Assembly: GCA_965235115.1 (NCBI GenBank) | Contig: OZ249436.1 | Coordinates: 58,838,001 to 58,902,000, forward strand | From: Laetmonice hystrix | Lineage: Eukaryota | Direction: 5' to 3' | Length of the DNA stretch: 64,000 nucleotides | Shown: piece after piece, positions 12,227-26,900 of the stretch | Position numbering within the stretch: position 1 is the first letter of the stretch | Layout of the letters: every line of letters begins with the position of its first letter | Translations under genes and position numbers: made by a program | Notes under the pieces: model-generated | Told to the model about the DNA's origin: nothing | Database searches by the model: none | What the model saw: only the letters and a program-made list of their open reading frames with translations

Positions 12227-15200
12227 ACAATTAAGGATGTGAAGCTCAAGCTTGAAAAACGGGCCTAGGTAATGTCTGTCTGCTGACCAGCTGATCAAAG
12301 ATCACTTGATTAGGAGGGTGCGATACAGTGGCTGAAACATGCTGGCTAAGTCCGGCTAGGTGCCTGGTCCAACATCAATGGTACAGAATCAATGAAGTCA
12401 ATCCGATCAGGTTTGTATCAGTCAGCGGTATACATGTCAGGAAACAGGCCAATACTGTCATCATTCAAGTTCTATTTCAAATCAGTCATAGGTTCCAACT
12501 ATTCTTTCCGTCCGGGAGCGGTTGCATGGCTTTCCGTTAACCGCTCTCCGTTAAAATCCCAAGGCATTCTGCATGGACATTTTAACGGACAAACGCTAAC
12601 GTAAAGTCATACGATTTTCCAGCGATTTTCTTTCTTCTGACAATGTTGACATGGGGGTGAACTGGGGGCAGGAAAAACAAATGAGGACAAGCCATGAGGG
12701 TAACAAGAAAGTCTGGAAGACGAGGCCTCACAATCCCCATAAAGTAACCCATGTGTCTTGGTCCAGCAAGGAACACTTAGTCCTGTCATGACCTCATATG
12801 GTTGTAACAACGATAAACCAAAGGATGCAAACGTACAGGGCTGAACTCTAGCCTGTGCTACAGTATATTAAATGATCATGTTGCATGTTCAAATAAAAAT
12901 GTCATTTGTTGTCCAATAAAGTCTGTCTTGTTCTCGTCAACAGGAAAGAGGAGGTTGCCAGTACTGTCTGCGAACAGTTTCTGGATGAACATGCCCGCCA
13001 CTGAAGGCATGCACATCTCGACAAACATCGATTACACACGATAACTTTTACAACAATATTAGAACGCCCCTACACTAGAACGTAGACTACATATTACCAA
13101 TGTAATTTTTTTATATGAAACCTCAACACAACGTAAGATTTATTATATAGTCTGAGACTCCCAAAACATGGCAGACAGTCGTGAGGCGTACGTAGGATGG
13201 GCAAAGAAAGAGGCTATAATTGATTGATCAGTGAAGAACGCGGAACCAATGGGAAGATTTTGAGGTAAATACCAGCACAGCGAGGTGCAATGTCTGCTTA
13301 TATCATAGTCTAGAGTTGTTTCTCATGACACACAAAGTTAGTTCAGTTTAACCAAGTTTACATTACTCCATTACCAATTTCTTGTCAAGTTGGAAAGGTT
13401 GAGCTTATTATTTGATTCACCTCAGTCATTTCATTTACTTAGAGACCTGATATCTTTGAGAAAAACTAACTTAATATTCCCCTTCAAAGTACATTTTATT
13501 ATCACTCATGTTTCTGCTCCCTGTCCGTTATTATATCTGCAGAAGACAAACTTAAATGAACTCCACCCCGAGCCTTGTTTCTACAATTTTTTCAATCACT
13601 TACCAGTTCATTAATACCACACACAGTTTCTCAGAAACAAAGATCTCATGATGCACACCGGCATCCCTCTTAAATTAGACGATCAACAAGTCCCTCCATA
13701 AAGTAATGTTTCCCGTTTAAAGCCAGCAGTCATAAATGGCGGGTAGACGAGACATACTAATGGCTGTTTAGTGGGAAGCTAAGGCAGACAACAGGAAGGC
13801 TTTCTTGTTCAAAATAATGTGTTTCGGATTGACAAATCACATTTATTACACGTGTCGCAGTGAACATTATTCCCAGTTCTCCAGATGTGTCACATCTCAA
13901 TTCGATGCTGGTAGCGTTCGCTCGCCGCTTACCAACTACCTGCACATCAGACAGGTGTGATGAAAACCATGCAGTGATTCTGACAGTCTTATTGTCAATA
14001 CAGCAGGCTGATTTTGTAACTCATGAGACCCTGATAGAATTAACACAACTGTGAATGGCAGACTGCAGGAAGGCAACACCTTATATGATGACGTCATCTC
14101 GTTCTTCAAAACGATTTCAAGGTTAAAACGGTGGCATGGATGATATGACTGTTTGATGTTGATACCAGTAGAAAGTGTGTAATATTAATATAGCAGGGTT
14201 GTTTAACCAGCTCTTATAGCAAGTTTGTAGTTTTACTTATATTAATTGAGTCCAAGGAGTATTCAGGCAGAATGTCACTGATGGTCATTACGTACGCGCT
14301 GGCTTCACTTGTGGCTTCACGGTTTCGATCACGCGACAACACGGAATCTGATATGTTACAAAGCACATTATGTTTCCAACACAAACTTTTCTATCCCTGG
14401 ATTTAAGCAAAGACAACGGAAACCAATACATGTAGTCAAAGAGTAAGCTTTGATCCTGAAACCATGAATCAATGTTTTGGCTGTTAAGGTAAAACAGGAA
14501 TGCCTAATTACTGTGGCCAGTTGGACCAGGCTGTGGTCGTGAATCATAATTGGGACCTGTTATAAACCAAGCTACTTTGATGGTTTCATCGAGGGTAATA
14601 TCTTTAATCTACACTAGGATAATTGATACTTTTCTCATGTCCAAAATACAGAAGACAGTATCATTGATCTCACAAAATGCAACCCCAGCATCTTGTCATT
14701 AAGACTGTCGATATGACTGTTTGATGTAATTTACCTCAAATAGTCAGTAGAAAGTGTGTAATAATGAAGGGGCAGGTCAACAAAATTACAACCTTTGTAC
14801 ACTTTAGGTTTCTTGACTGTATATAGAGTGTGGGGATAGTGTGGAAGTGGAATCATATTGTGTAAGACACAGTCACTCATAATTGAATGAGATATGAGAA
14901 GAATGTCAAGGTAAGGAAAATAATGATAACAAAAAGGGGAACAGATCAAAGAATAAGACCGATTTCAATGGTCCGATAAAACTGTTGGAGTGACTGCCAC
15001 AGGCTACGCCTTCTCCCGTTTTACGATATCAAACACTGAACTCTCTTAACGTTTACTGAAGTAACCATGGATACCTTTCACATCATCTGGTGTACTCGTT
15101 TGTAAGGCCGTGGAATTAAAATTCTACCTTTCTGAAACAACTTGTCTTCAATAAATTATTATTTATCAAGATTTGTTCATCGTTACTGCTCTGTACCAGA

Positions 15201-16249
15201 GCCCGACTTCAAGACATCTGAAATCTTGGCGCAGTTGAGCATAACCCAGGGTGGATTAGCTCAGTAAGGCGTTGAAGAATCCCACTCTATGCAGTACGGA
15301 AACATTATTGAAACTGCCCCCCTCTTTCCAGTTGGACCGATACTAAAACCAAACTAGTACCTTCAGCAACATTCTTACAACAGATTCACCAGAAACATCA
15401 AGAACAAAACCAAAACATAAATTGTTACTAACATCTAAAACACATTTTTGAAATGACCTACATTCATGACAGCTCTTGTCATATCCGATATAGATTTCTG
15501 CTTGAGCGAGCATACACTTCAAGTTTTGTAAGCAGAGCGCCAAACACGCCGTCTCTTTCTGGGTTCTGCTCGCCATGCTCGACATGATATGTTAATTCTA
15601 CACTATTTCCTTGTCCAAGTCAGAGTAATTTGTTGCACAGCCTCTAGCAAGTAGGCATGCATGCGATGCCCACAAAAAAGGCAAGGCTGTCAGCGCTGCT
15701 GAGGCGGCATATTAATCATCACTGGCAGGAGAAGTGTTGCTATATCATTCCTCGTTGCTAATGTCACACACATACAAATTACCATGGAAATTTCAGCCAG
15801 GATTAAGAACACAGATCAATCTTAGTAGCTAAGCCACGCGTGCTTTGTTAGAGCCAAACTTGACTGCAGCAAGGCTCTACTCCATTACAAAAATCCTTCC
15901 AATACACGGCATTTTATTGCCGATTCAAACAGATCAGTGAAAAAAGCATTCTAATGCTGAATTCCATCACGAATAAAAATAAAGTGTAACGTAATAGAGG
16001 AATACCCCCTTGGAACCTGAACATGGCGGCACTTGGGTACGTAAAAGCCCGAGGATCAGGTCGTATGTGGAAGAAACCCCGATCTATCTTGCTATACAGT
16101 TGTCATGGCTGAGCACTGAATTGCGGATTCAGACCCAAGTGCTATGAAACGGCTTTGAGCAAAAAGCGGCCTTTTGTGATGAAGTAATAGTCTTTAGGAT
16201 ACAAAAAGCTAATATTTTAATTTATAACACGTGTACAATTTTCCTTTCT

Positions 16250-17400
16250 ATAATGTCATCCTTCACAAACCCAGTTGTACTGAGGATGAATTCTGCATGA
16301 TGCAGTGATTCTTTAAAGCGAAACTGAAAATAATTTTCTGAATGCTTCAATTCCTTTTTCTTCATTTAAGGCTCCAATGCGGAACAGCAATACCTGCAGG
16401 TAGAGAAATTCACTCTCTAAGAATTTCTAATAGCCAAAATAACCCCGTTGTGAGATGTGTCATGTTACTTTGGAGTGCAGCCCGGTTTTACAAAGGGAAT
16501 CCTCAGGGTCTGAAAGGAAATGATGACTGTTGAAGGCTGGTGACTGATTTGAAGCAACCTATTCTAGAACAGGAGATCAATATCCTGACAAGAATATTTG
16601 GTTTGTGACAGTTGCAAGAATGAAGCTGCATTGCTGGGAACATGGGCAGTTCTTAGTCCCACTGTGTGCTTATAAATCATTAAGAAGTAGTTCGTCTGGA
16701 TGGACATAGAGGTGCACATGCCCTGGCTAATACGGGATGATCAATGAGAAGAAAGGGAAAGCCGGTGGCAATACCTTCTGTCTGTTGACTTCCTCCTGAC
16801 AGAATAAACAGCACGAGTTAGTTACATTCATTGGGTTTCGCTCGCCGCAGGAATGAACACCGCTTCAACTGGGCTTCCATATTGCTCACTCTGCCTGCGA
16901 GAAGGCCAGCTTATACTTTATCCTAGGTGACAAGGCAGTACAATACATAAAATCCTACATCTCTTACAGTACAACGCTTCCATTCTTGCCTGGTGGTAGC
17001 CTGCAGACAATGCACAAATCCTCGTGCTCATAGTCCAGTTAGTTCATTCAGGTACAAAAACAATGAAAGCTGTGATTGTGCAGCTTGAAGAGCCGTCTTT
17101 GGCAACCGGAGGGCGTGTTTCTTTACGATTGCGAGCACACGGGGAAAGAGCAAGCCAAGATCACAACGGCTCGTTTCTAAAACCTTTGCTAGAACTTGCT
17201 CCGCCTGATGGCTATTCAAGCATTGAGTTAACACCCCATCTATCTGTGGTATTCCTGGCTCGGGGCAGTGCGGATTGCTTTCAGCTAACGGAACATTATC
17301 ATCTGCTAGTGTGTTATCTGAGCTATCAGCAATTTACACAAGCTGATTTCTTTGACATCTCTCGGAATAGTTAAGGGAAAAGAGACGGCATTCGTTCAGA
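16250..17400 (-). mobile_element. Decayed LINE (CR1/L2-like) reverse transcriptase remnant
   Basis: Minus-strand motifs in order: GSPVEAVFIP (VDAVFLDF), ELLLNDL (LFLIYINDL), QDIDLLF*NRLLQI (LQxDLDxLxxWxxxWLLxFN). Many stops and frameshifts; boundaries approximate. Confidence 0.45.
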
Positions 17401-20400
17401 TCCAGTATTCGCGGCCTCAATATTAAGCTCCCATTACCATTTTTAATGGAAGATCTTTGAACAACCAAAAGTGTTACATACTGTTTGTGTCATCGTAGGG
17501 AAATTAGCTCATGCGAATGCCATGTATAGTTAGGTGCTTTATATGTTTTGAAGAACAGTCTATGAATATGGAAGCAGTTCGTAATATACTGCACCATGCA
17601 TTAACGTATCAATGAAGTATTTCACGGAGAGAAACTAAATGAATACTGGAACTGTACATACAACATCTATTTTCTCAAGGTTCACTTCTTGTAAAATCTT
17701 CATTTTGTCCCGATGCTATGTCGGAGCACTGTGATAATAAAAAAAATAAAATTGATAATTATTGTTTGCTTCAAAACGTTTAGTTATTTGAAGCACGATT
17801 GCTATTAATCTGAACGTTTACTTCTTGCAAGGTTCCTCCTTTACGGCTCTCTACAACATCAGGTTCGTGCAGTTAGTACGGCCATAGAGTTCCCGTGGTA
17901 AGAGGCATTGCCATCCAAGTTTCGGAGGTCTGTTTTCAGCAGCAGTAAAACAAACCATCAGTTACACGTGGCCTTTCACGTATTTCTCATGTTCCCAATG
18001 CCTGATATATACATTTGGTTTCAACCTCTCAGGCGAGACAAAACCAAATACTTGTCGTATGTCGTGGCGGGATATACCATTATCATGTCAGGCTCTAATT
18101 TAGTATCAATGGAAACCGAATTACTTTACAACACGTCCCTGTACGGCCAAGCCCTCATTGAAGAATAATGACACAGTATCGGGGGATCTCCAAATGGTGC
18201 GGCCATTTGGCAAATGGTAGCTATTACGGAATGGATGGTAAATTATTACGGCACGTTGTCTTGGGCTCTGCTCAGCCCTAGCGGCGACAGGCGGAGTGTA
18301 GTCTCCTAATGTACCTTCATCACCATCAAGCTATGGTGAATGTTCATGTGCACCTGCCATAAATCGTTGCTATGATCTCAAGGAAGTGGTGATCACAGGA
18401 TCTCCTCCCCTCTGATGACACTTGATTCCATGGCAGCAACATCTCTTCTCTTCTACGTCGTTCTCATTAGGGAGACCTTGCTGGCAGGCCAGAAATGCAT
18501 ACACGTGTACAGGTTCGCCTTTACTGCCTTGTCTCTGTCTCCTTGCCCCACCCCTCCGCCCTCACCACCATCCCAATAAGTTAGGCAAACATGCACGCAC
18601 AGGCTGTTTACAGTCGTTTCCTCTACCGTTTCCTTCTTGTCTATCTGATACAATAAGAACTTTATCCATACTCAGGACCATCAAGGAACGACTAGCTGTA
18701 TTACCTTGCGTGGTGTGTATGCTTCAGGCACAGGAAGCCAGTAGTCTATCTCCAAGGCTCTCGTTCACAGCCGGAGAATTCATCAGGTGAGCCCCTCTTG
18801 CTACTGATACGCCAATAAAATATAGGGGAAAGAAGGCAAATGCTTCAGCCATGGATCTTATGGCTCATCTCTCTCCAGCCGTACTTAGCTCCTTGGCGGA
18901 GGGCCAAGACAAAGTAAGAATTATCAGATACAAATTGGCAGGGGCAAACAGCATGGAGGGATGCTTTGGCAAGAAAGAAGACCTCTTGATGTGCCACAGA
19001 GTTCCTTACCAAGTGTCATGTAGGTTAACGTTAAACAAAAGCACATATCCTTGTCGGCATTGCATTGTTTGTGACGCGTTGTCTCGATTTATCATTCTAG
19101 AAAGCGAAACTAACGAAAACATACCGTAATATGATAAACAAAATGACCTTTTGCTTACGTCAGTCATCGTGAAGAGTTGGGAGACGTGTGGAATCTAATA
19201 CCACTGTGGCAAATGTAACATTATTGTAATGCTGTGAGGAATCTATACATGAACTACTATGACGAGCGATGAAGTTAACAGCACTAATTATGTGACAAAC
19301 AACCCATATTTGATTACTCTGTGTGAATTCAATACTGAGAGAATTTCTACTAAGCCGTTAAATCTTATGATGTTTTCTTCCTCCAGGTAATGCAAAGACC
19401 GAAAATGGCTTATTTCTCACGGCAGAAATATGTGTTCGCGCTGTGGAAATTTAAGACAGGATTCACAAATTCGATTTTGTTACAAGAGTTAAGTGCATGA
19501 CTTTCCGTAAGCTCTCGTTAAAATCTTAACGTACTTTGAATATGGATCTTTGCGGAAGAAAGCTATCAGAACGTCATGCAACTACCCATATTATGTTTCA
19601 TCTGAAGAACTCGTTTGGATATTATCAGTATTAGAGGAAACATGACATCCGTCAATGGTGACAGGTTTATCATGACGGCGAGATAAAAAACACAACTAAA
19701 CTCCAATCTTTCATACTAACAATCGACCTCTCTTACCTTTCTATGACAGCAAATAGAACGTTATACCTCTTTGATGAGTGAAGAAAACATACCTGAAAAC
19801 AGAAAACCTTTTGTCAGATTCAACAGCAATGGGATTAAGCACGAGTAATATACATGTATAAGGTTATCTGTGAACAAATAGAAGGAGACAAATATCGTAT
19901 GTTCGTGCCATCAATGATCACGCAATGTGGGAAAGACGCGAATGGAAAGAATGAAATCATTGCGAATGACGAGATGCCAGAAGCCGAACGAGCTCGAACG
20001 ACCAGCCAAATAAAAGCGGCACTTTGGCCGCCCTTTCCCGCTCAGCCGTAGGCTTCACTCACATGTTTACCACACTCGAGAGGCCCATTCCACTGCCCCA
20101 AACATTTGTTTTCCATGCCTGATGAATCCAGCTATTTATTCATTCAGCCATTTCAGCAGGTCTTGATTTAAGGTTTTATTATGAAGAGCTGGTTGGCCCT
20201 GCCTACACAGAAAAGTGCAGAGGTCTCTGCTTTAGGGACTGATGGATGACAGGCCTGAGTTAAATTAAAATGTTGTGGAAATGGTCGCCGCGACCTGTCC
20301 TCGGGGATCTTGGCGCCGGTTCGAATGGTGCGACTCGACACTCCATTTCACTGGAGTGCAACTTTGGCTGCATCTCGCCCACTACAGAAAAGTCCTTTTT

Positions 20401-22674
20401 GTGTATTTCCTTACATATTTCCTGTAACTGGTTTCTACACATACAATACAGAAAATTCTGTCTACATAAGGCTTAAATGTCACTAAATTATGTGTTTAAC
20501 ACAAAATGCAAACCTTCCATATCGCAAAAAACATTAACTCTAAAAGCACCAATCTTTGCACATGCTGTATGCAAAGCTGCTAATTCATCTACTTTTTTTC
20601 TTGGAGACTCGATTTGCAATCCATCTATGTTATATTGTATGAAATATCCGGCCTTGATTAAAAGAGATGTGCTGCCTTATCGGTATTCAGAGGCAACACC
20701 CATAGAATCTGTCCATGTGTGAAAACTCATTACACAAGTAATGGCACGGGCGGAGCAGGATAAGGACATTAAATTTAATAAGAAAATGCCTTACATTGAA
20801 ACTTTATAATTCTAAATATGATTAAATGTCAACCTCGTTTGGAAAAAGAAATAGCAAACTGAAGACATAAAGAGGGTTGTCATGTCTCCAAGTCTGGCAT
20901 ATGAAGATACAGTGAGCCCTTAACGCTGACAATATTGCCCAGTACGTTTGACAAGTGAAACTCCCTAGGATTCTAAGGTTGCGCAGCGTAATACATCAGG
21001 CGGCCAGGGCACGAGGAGCAGAACAGCTCCTGCAGCTGCTGGAGACTGTAGTCAGCATGTAACTCGGTCGACGCTGGGCAACTATTGCCCAAAGCGTTGC
21101 CCCAGCGCACTTTACAAATGAGTGTAACGACACACCACTGGGTCGATGATTACTGGCGAAGGACTGAAGTCAGCGCCTGCCATGTCAGTCTCCGTCCAAC
21201 AGGGTTGGCGCCTTGCTGCAGGCTCAGGCCAAGGGTAGGGTTCGGCAAAAACACATATTTCACACTCGGCACCGCCTTGCCAGTGACCATGCAAAATTAC
21301 TACGAGTATTGCGAGGCAGACTTTGTCAAAATTCCAATATATTTATGGTTTGACGGGTGACCCCACATCTCATTTTACGTGCTCTGTGATAACGGGTTAA
21401 TATAGTCTGACTAGTCTGACTAGTGATCCTCAATGTATGATCCACGCAACCTGTACACCTTCAGTGTGGTACAATTATAGTGGAGCCAGCTATTCAGTCT
21501 ATTCAACTACAACCGGCGCACATCATAGAATGATGGCTTACTCTTTATAAGTAGGATGCATACGGATCTGTGACGGCAGGAAGGTCCTGTTACATATCTA
21601 GTGTCTACTAGAATAGCCTGCTTCCCTTTGCTATATACCCCTTCACAAGCTTCTCATTACGTCTGGTAAAATACACACATCAAATGACAATGTTTTCTTT
21701 TAATTTCTTCTCGCCCTTTGTACATATGCATACGAATTGTATCTATGGTGATATTGACTGATCTTTCTATCGACTGCGTGTCGTTGAATCAAGAATAACT
21801 AGGTACCTCCGTCAGTATATAAAAGTATAGGAAAAGGTATCCATCAAAAACTTGGAAGAAAACAACTTATTCCTGAATGCTTAGACCGCAAAGCTGATTG
21901 TCGGTTCTCGTTAGTGGATTGTGTTCTTTATTATCCACCTACACGAGCAATGCCAGAGGTATCCCATGTAAATGTCGGGGTTTTTTAAGGACTTTCAGTT
22001 TATGGTGGAAACCTCTACCGTCGGTACTCTTCGGTAACCTTCATACTTGTTCTCTGAGAGTCCTGCCGACAGAGCACTCAATTAAAGCATCTTGTTTGTT
22101 AACATATTTGTCTCAGACAGTGTTTAAAACGCCGAAACCGTGTGCAACGATTCAGTGTGCACCAAATCATCTCCTCCCCAAGGAACCATCATTATGATCC
22201 GATGCCGACAAATGATCGTACCGGTGGGGACCTACATCTATAGGACCTCTGTCAAATCTATCTCTAGTCACCCCTCAATGCTGACAGCAAAGATGAGAAA
22301 ATTGGCCCCTAAATGTTTGAATCAACATATAAATGAGCGGCGTTGATTGGACAAACATGATGTGCTCGGCGCTATTGGCAATTAGGCTCTACAGTACACC
22401 TGACATATAGAATTCGTCACGACGTGTGCCATGACGCGGTTAGTTGTCCAATACACACATAGACATATTTGAGACAAGGTTGCCGTCTAACTGCAGGGAC
22501 TCTCTAATAATTTGAAAAAAGCAGCTTTATGAGATTTCAAATAAGTAAAAAAAAAGTATAAGCAGTAACAAGTGGGGTAAATGTCAACTTTTAATGAACA
22601 TGGAAAACGTCGTAATTAAAGCCATGCAGATAGGAAAACAAACGCTGTTAATGCTATAGTTATACCTACACTAT

Positions 22675-22735
22675 ACACGTAACATTGTAAATACACGTTA
22701 CATTGTAAATAGACGTTACACTGTAAACACACGTA
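22675..22735. repeat. 18-bp tandem repeat, about 3.4 copies
   Basis: ACACGTAACATTGTAAAT / ACACGTTACATTGTAAAT / AGACGTTACACTGTAAAC / ACACGTA. Confidence 0.85.
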
Positions 22736-23469
22736 TGAGTTACATTTATACTAGCCTTTAATAACGACATTTTTCCCTCTGAGCAATTTATCGGGTCGGA
22801 TTAAAAATTATTTATAACCTTTAAATCACGTGAAAAGTCAGCTTGGATTCAGATTATAATCACAATGATTAGAAAGTGCTGATTTCTGAGACGAATTGAT
22901 GTTAATTTTAACCTGTTTATTCGTTTAAACCATACCGTGAAAGATCGCTTTGGTGTAAAAGCAAATATGGTTGGAAATACATAATGCAGCGTTATTCAGA
23001 GGGAATCTCTCTTTAATCTTAGCCTGTTTCTGGTCCAATAAGCAAATTCCCCAAACAGCTTAGCTGTGTTGTGTGACCCACTTTCAGGGATCTGTTTTAC
23101 TTATTGTCTGCAGGGAATAACTAAGGAGGTGATCGATCATTGTCTCTTGTGGTTATTCATATTCTCCTCATGTCTCAGGAGCAAAGCATGAATTATGACT
23201 TAGGCAGCTTAGTTAACAGGATCACTAGGAAGCAATTTCCCTTGACCTTTTGTCATATTGTTCGAGCTTGGAGTTTTAAAGCTTCTATTTAGCCTGTCAT
23301 TTTGTGTAATTAATCAAGTCGTTTAGCCTAGAGATATGCAGAAGCCAATCTTGACGAAGTGAAGAATAGCTAATGGACTGAGAAACGGAACAGATATCTA
23401 CAGACCGTTTTCGCATGTTTTCTTGTATATAAACTAAGTACAAAGACACTCCCAGTCCCACATATAACA

Positions 23470-26400
23470 TTATTGAAGCTATCTAAAACAAAATACCGAC
23501 CCTGTAGGAATACTATGGGAGCCATGCTTGCCGTGCTGACTGTTCTAACCAAGATAAAAGGTGCTTGCACACTCCGAGGTTGGGACATTGTGATAGGTGG
23601 GAGGGACAGGTACTACCGGCCGGGTGAGATTCGTGTGGAGGGGTTTAACGCCGTACATGGAGCATCGAGCGGATATTCCACACATGACACTAATTGACAA
23701 CCTCGCCTGTCAGACAGAAACCGTCTCAGTCTCCTTCCTAATGGGCAGGGTCCCAAGTCCTTGCTACCAGCCATGCGAGGGCCAGCACAGCATCCTCGAC
23801 CACAAACAACCGCCTCATGGTTACCTACTACACTGCAGGTGATTGAGATTCTACTGCTGCAGTGCCAGCCGCACTGCCCCTGGTTAATGCAATTTTACTG
23901 AGGCGCTGATGGACCCTTCAATGGCGACCATTGCACTTCAAAGTTCTAGTCATTGCACGTCAGGAAGGCCGCTCTTCCTAGAATGGCGACGGCGGGTGAA
24001 AAATGAGGCGTCCACAGTTGGAATCACTAAGTTCTATTTTCAATTAATCACCAGTAGGGGGCGCTTCGAGAACCTAGCTTAACGTCGGTCTGCTGAGGTT
24101 GAGGAGTGTTCTCAGCCGCGAGCATGGGTTGTGTAGTGGCAAGAAAGGGCCGTGTTGTTCACCATGGCTGCCGCTGTACGTTCCGGAATGAAGCTGGTCA
24201 GTGAAACCAATGATCTCCTCATGCTGTAGGCCAGACAAGGCCTGATGGCAGGCCCACTGTTTTGTATCAAAGGAAGGTCCCAATTTGAAGGTCTTTAGAC
24301 ACAATTAAAGGCTGATAGAGGAGTGCTCAGACACTTAACCGTAGGCATTTGCCGGCGCGACTAACTCTACCCACTGTGGGCGAGGGCTTCAAAAATAAGC
24401 ATTCCAATAACCCCGCCCCTATGTAAAACTCTCGAGTAGCTTTTGTTTGTAGCCAAAAAAAAAACAACCTCAATAGTACTGAATTCTTGAAACTTGTTCC
24501 ATATACTCAAAATATACAACCATACTAGATAGGCAAAACTTGAGGGCAATTTTTTCTATAATTGTAGGTGTTCTATTACTAGATTCTATAAATGAGATGT
24601 TGCTGTCCATTATAACAACTGCCCTAATAAAGTTTTTGTCCCTTAAATTTACATTTAGGCCTAGCTAAAGGCAATATTCTAATGCAGCAAGTCGGAATGG
24701 AAAATAAATAGTCAAGGGATCGGTAGGCTACGATTTCTTTGTGAAAAACCTCGTTGTCAACATGTGGTATAAGAAAAACGAAAGTGAACCAGGGAAGTCG
24801 TGCAACTCAATATTTAGACATGTGGTGTGTTGAATAGGGGTTTTTGGTGAGGATGGTGGTGGCGATGGTGGTGGTGGTACTGGTTGTGGTGGTGACGACC
24901 CTGTGGGGGATACTGATGCCAGCTCTCATTAGGTAACTGTCAGACTGAGGCTCCAACCGACTGCCCCCACCTTATGCATATTGGATGACACCTTTGCCGA
25001 TTGGTGGTCTACAGTCGGCACCACCTGGTTTGCCCTACCTGTCCCGAAGATTTAACACAGTGAAAGCTTCCAATCTAACGCAACCTCCCTCCCCCTTCTC
25101 TTCCTCCTCTCACCATTAACAAATGGATCCTCTAGGCGACTAGACTAACAATGAGGACTCCATCAATACTCGCTAAGCTGCCAACCTCAGTTAGACCAAA
25201 CCACTTCCGTGTAATTTTACAGAAGCCCACTTTGACAACCCTCAATGAGATCGTGCTAGTATCCATCTCGTAGGGATCTCAGTGTTGCGTGAGAAAATAA
25301 TGTTTCGCAAACAAGTGTGAGTTGTTCCCGTTTTCTGAGTACATATTTCAATAATGTTTCTTCTTTGTGATTCAACTCCTTGTATTCTTAACGTCGGCTA
25401 TCTTCACCATTCTGGGCAGCACGCCTGGAAACTGTCAGAGGCATCCGCAATGAGGGTCTTTGCCAAGAGTGGATCTATTGTGTTAGAGGGACCCTTCACG
25501 CTAGTATATACCTTAATCCCCCACTTACCTGTCCTATTCCCGAAGTGGCCGAAAATTGTCCGAAAAGGTGCTACATTAGTCGCGGCTAACAACTGATAAC
25601 AGAACAGCCCTATCAAAACCAGGTCGTGTATCTGTCACATGTTGAATAGGACATGCTGAGCTGTTTGAAATTTGAAATTTTATGCGCTAGAGAACAGGTA
25701 AGTGGGGGGATTAAGGTATGTATATACAGTATCGCGCAGGAGGATGGGTTGACTCTAGATTGCTTGCTCTAAGTGCAGGAATCAACAGTCAACTATTCTC
25801 CCCTTCACGGTCGCTTTATGGTACATAGAGGTGTCCATTTCCAACATGTTTATGCTATATGAGATCATTACGTCGGAGAATTACAGTACAACATGTTATA
25901 AATAAAGCGATGACGATATCCTTAGTCCATCAGATGCAAGGCCAGTGTATATTGTTACGGATGTTTACCTCGACACATCCCATAACGAGGACTCGGACAC
26001 GGAAATTTGTACTTTGCGTCAGTGTCAGAGTTCCTGGGCTGTCATATCAATAAACCTTCTTTTCAAGGGAACAGTTGAATCATTAATGCCTTTCCTGTAA
26101 TCCACACGTGAATTTGATGCTGTGTTGCAACATTTTTAGAGACCTGAATAACTTCATACTGCATGTTGGGAAAACCTGACTAAAGAGAAATGATATAAAA
26201 AGCGATTTAACAATTTTTAAATCACATTCACATAATGCCTGTGAAAATGGCAACTTTTTGTGGGTTTAATGAGGGAAGTTCTTGCCCTGATTCCTTTGTG
26301 ATGATCTTAAAGCGCGAGAAAATATTTTCACATTCGAATTGCAATTTTGTAGAATACAGAAAACGTCGATTGCATCAATTGGAGTAAATGTTTCTTTACT

Positions 26401-26900
26401 GGAATAAAGTTAACGATGGAAACGTGAAGGCTCGCAAAAAAAATCACCGCAGAAGATTGCATAATGCCAGAGGAGGTTTCTTTGCTTGCAGCTTCTGTTG
26501 TAGATTCTTTCTTGGAGATTAGTGCTCGTTATGACATCTGATAATAGTCTAAGGGAGAGATCATTCGGTGGTACCACTATCGGGAGTCGTATAGAGAGGT
26601 CCTCCGACTGTAGAGCGGTTCTTGCCGTGCAGGCTCCCTTGTTGCTCAAGGTTGGGCTCTTGTTTCGAAATAGAGTATGGAGCCCAATTAGAGCTGCTTC
26701 AGGCTGCACGAGAGCTTCCCACATCTGCCACACTTCCTTCCCTACTCCTTGGTTAACCTTGCCTGGTCTTGACCTTGGTCAGGCCAGCTACTAATTAGCG
26801 ACGTTATCAGTGGCAGAACAGTAAGAGAGTGAAGGCAATTTTAACCAACTGGCTCCGTACCAAACTACACTCATGTCTTTGAATAAGAAGAAGTCTGAAT
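23470..26900 (+). mobile_element. Decayed LINE ORF2 (endonuclease plus RT), possibly one interrupted copy
   Basis: VEGFNAVHG (GDFNAHH) near 23640; LFPKWPKIVRKG near 25550; RTRKFV..SVRVPG (RxQxV..SGVPQG) near 26000; RVWSPI (VWSPH) near 26680. The order matches ORF2; spacing suggests extra sequence at about 24400-25300. Confidence 0.5.
24051..24064 (+). promoter_or_regulatory. CTCF core motif match
   Basis: CCAGTAGGGGGCGC matches the consensus CCASYAGRKGGCRS at all 14 positions. Motif match only. Confidence 0.3.

Noticed and set aside
12644-12941. Possible solo LTR ending AATAAAG...CAACA
   Set aside because: No 5' TG start gives a matching target-site duplication, and there is no second copy or PBS/PPT.
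15248-15285. tRNA A-box-like GGATTAGCTCAGT (SINE head?) and B-box-like GGTTCGAA near 20318
   Set aside because: Neither has its partner box at the right spacing or a cloverleaf; no tRNA or SINE can be supported.
18693-18732. Minus-strand SIHTTQGNT resembling the Pif1/Helitron helicase motif HKSQG
   Set aside because: There is an in-frame stop immediately before it and no other helicase or Rep motifs nearby.
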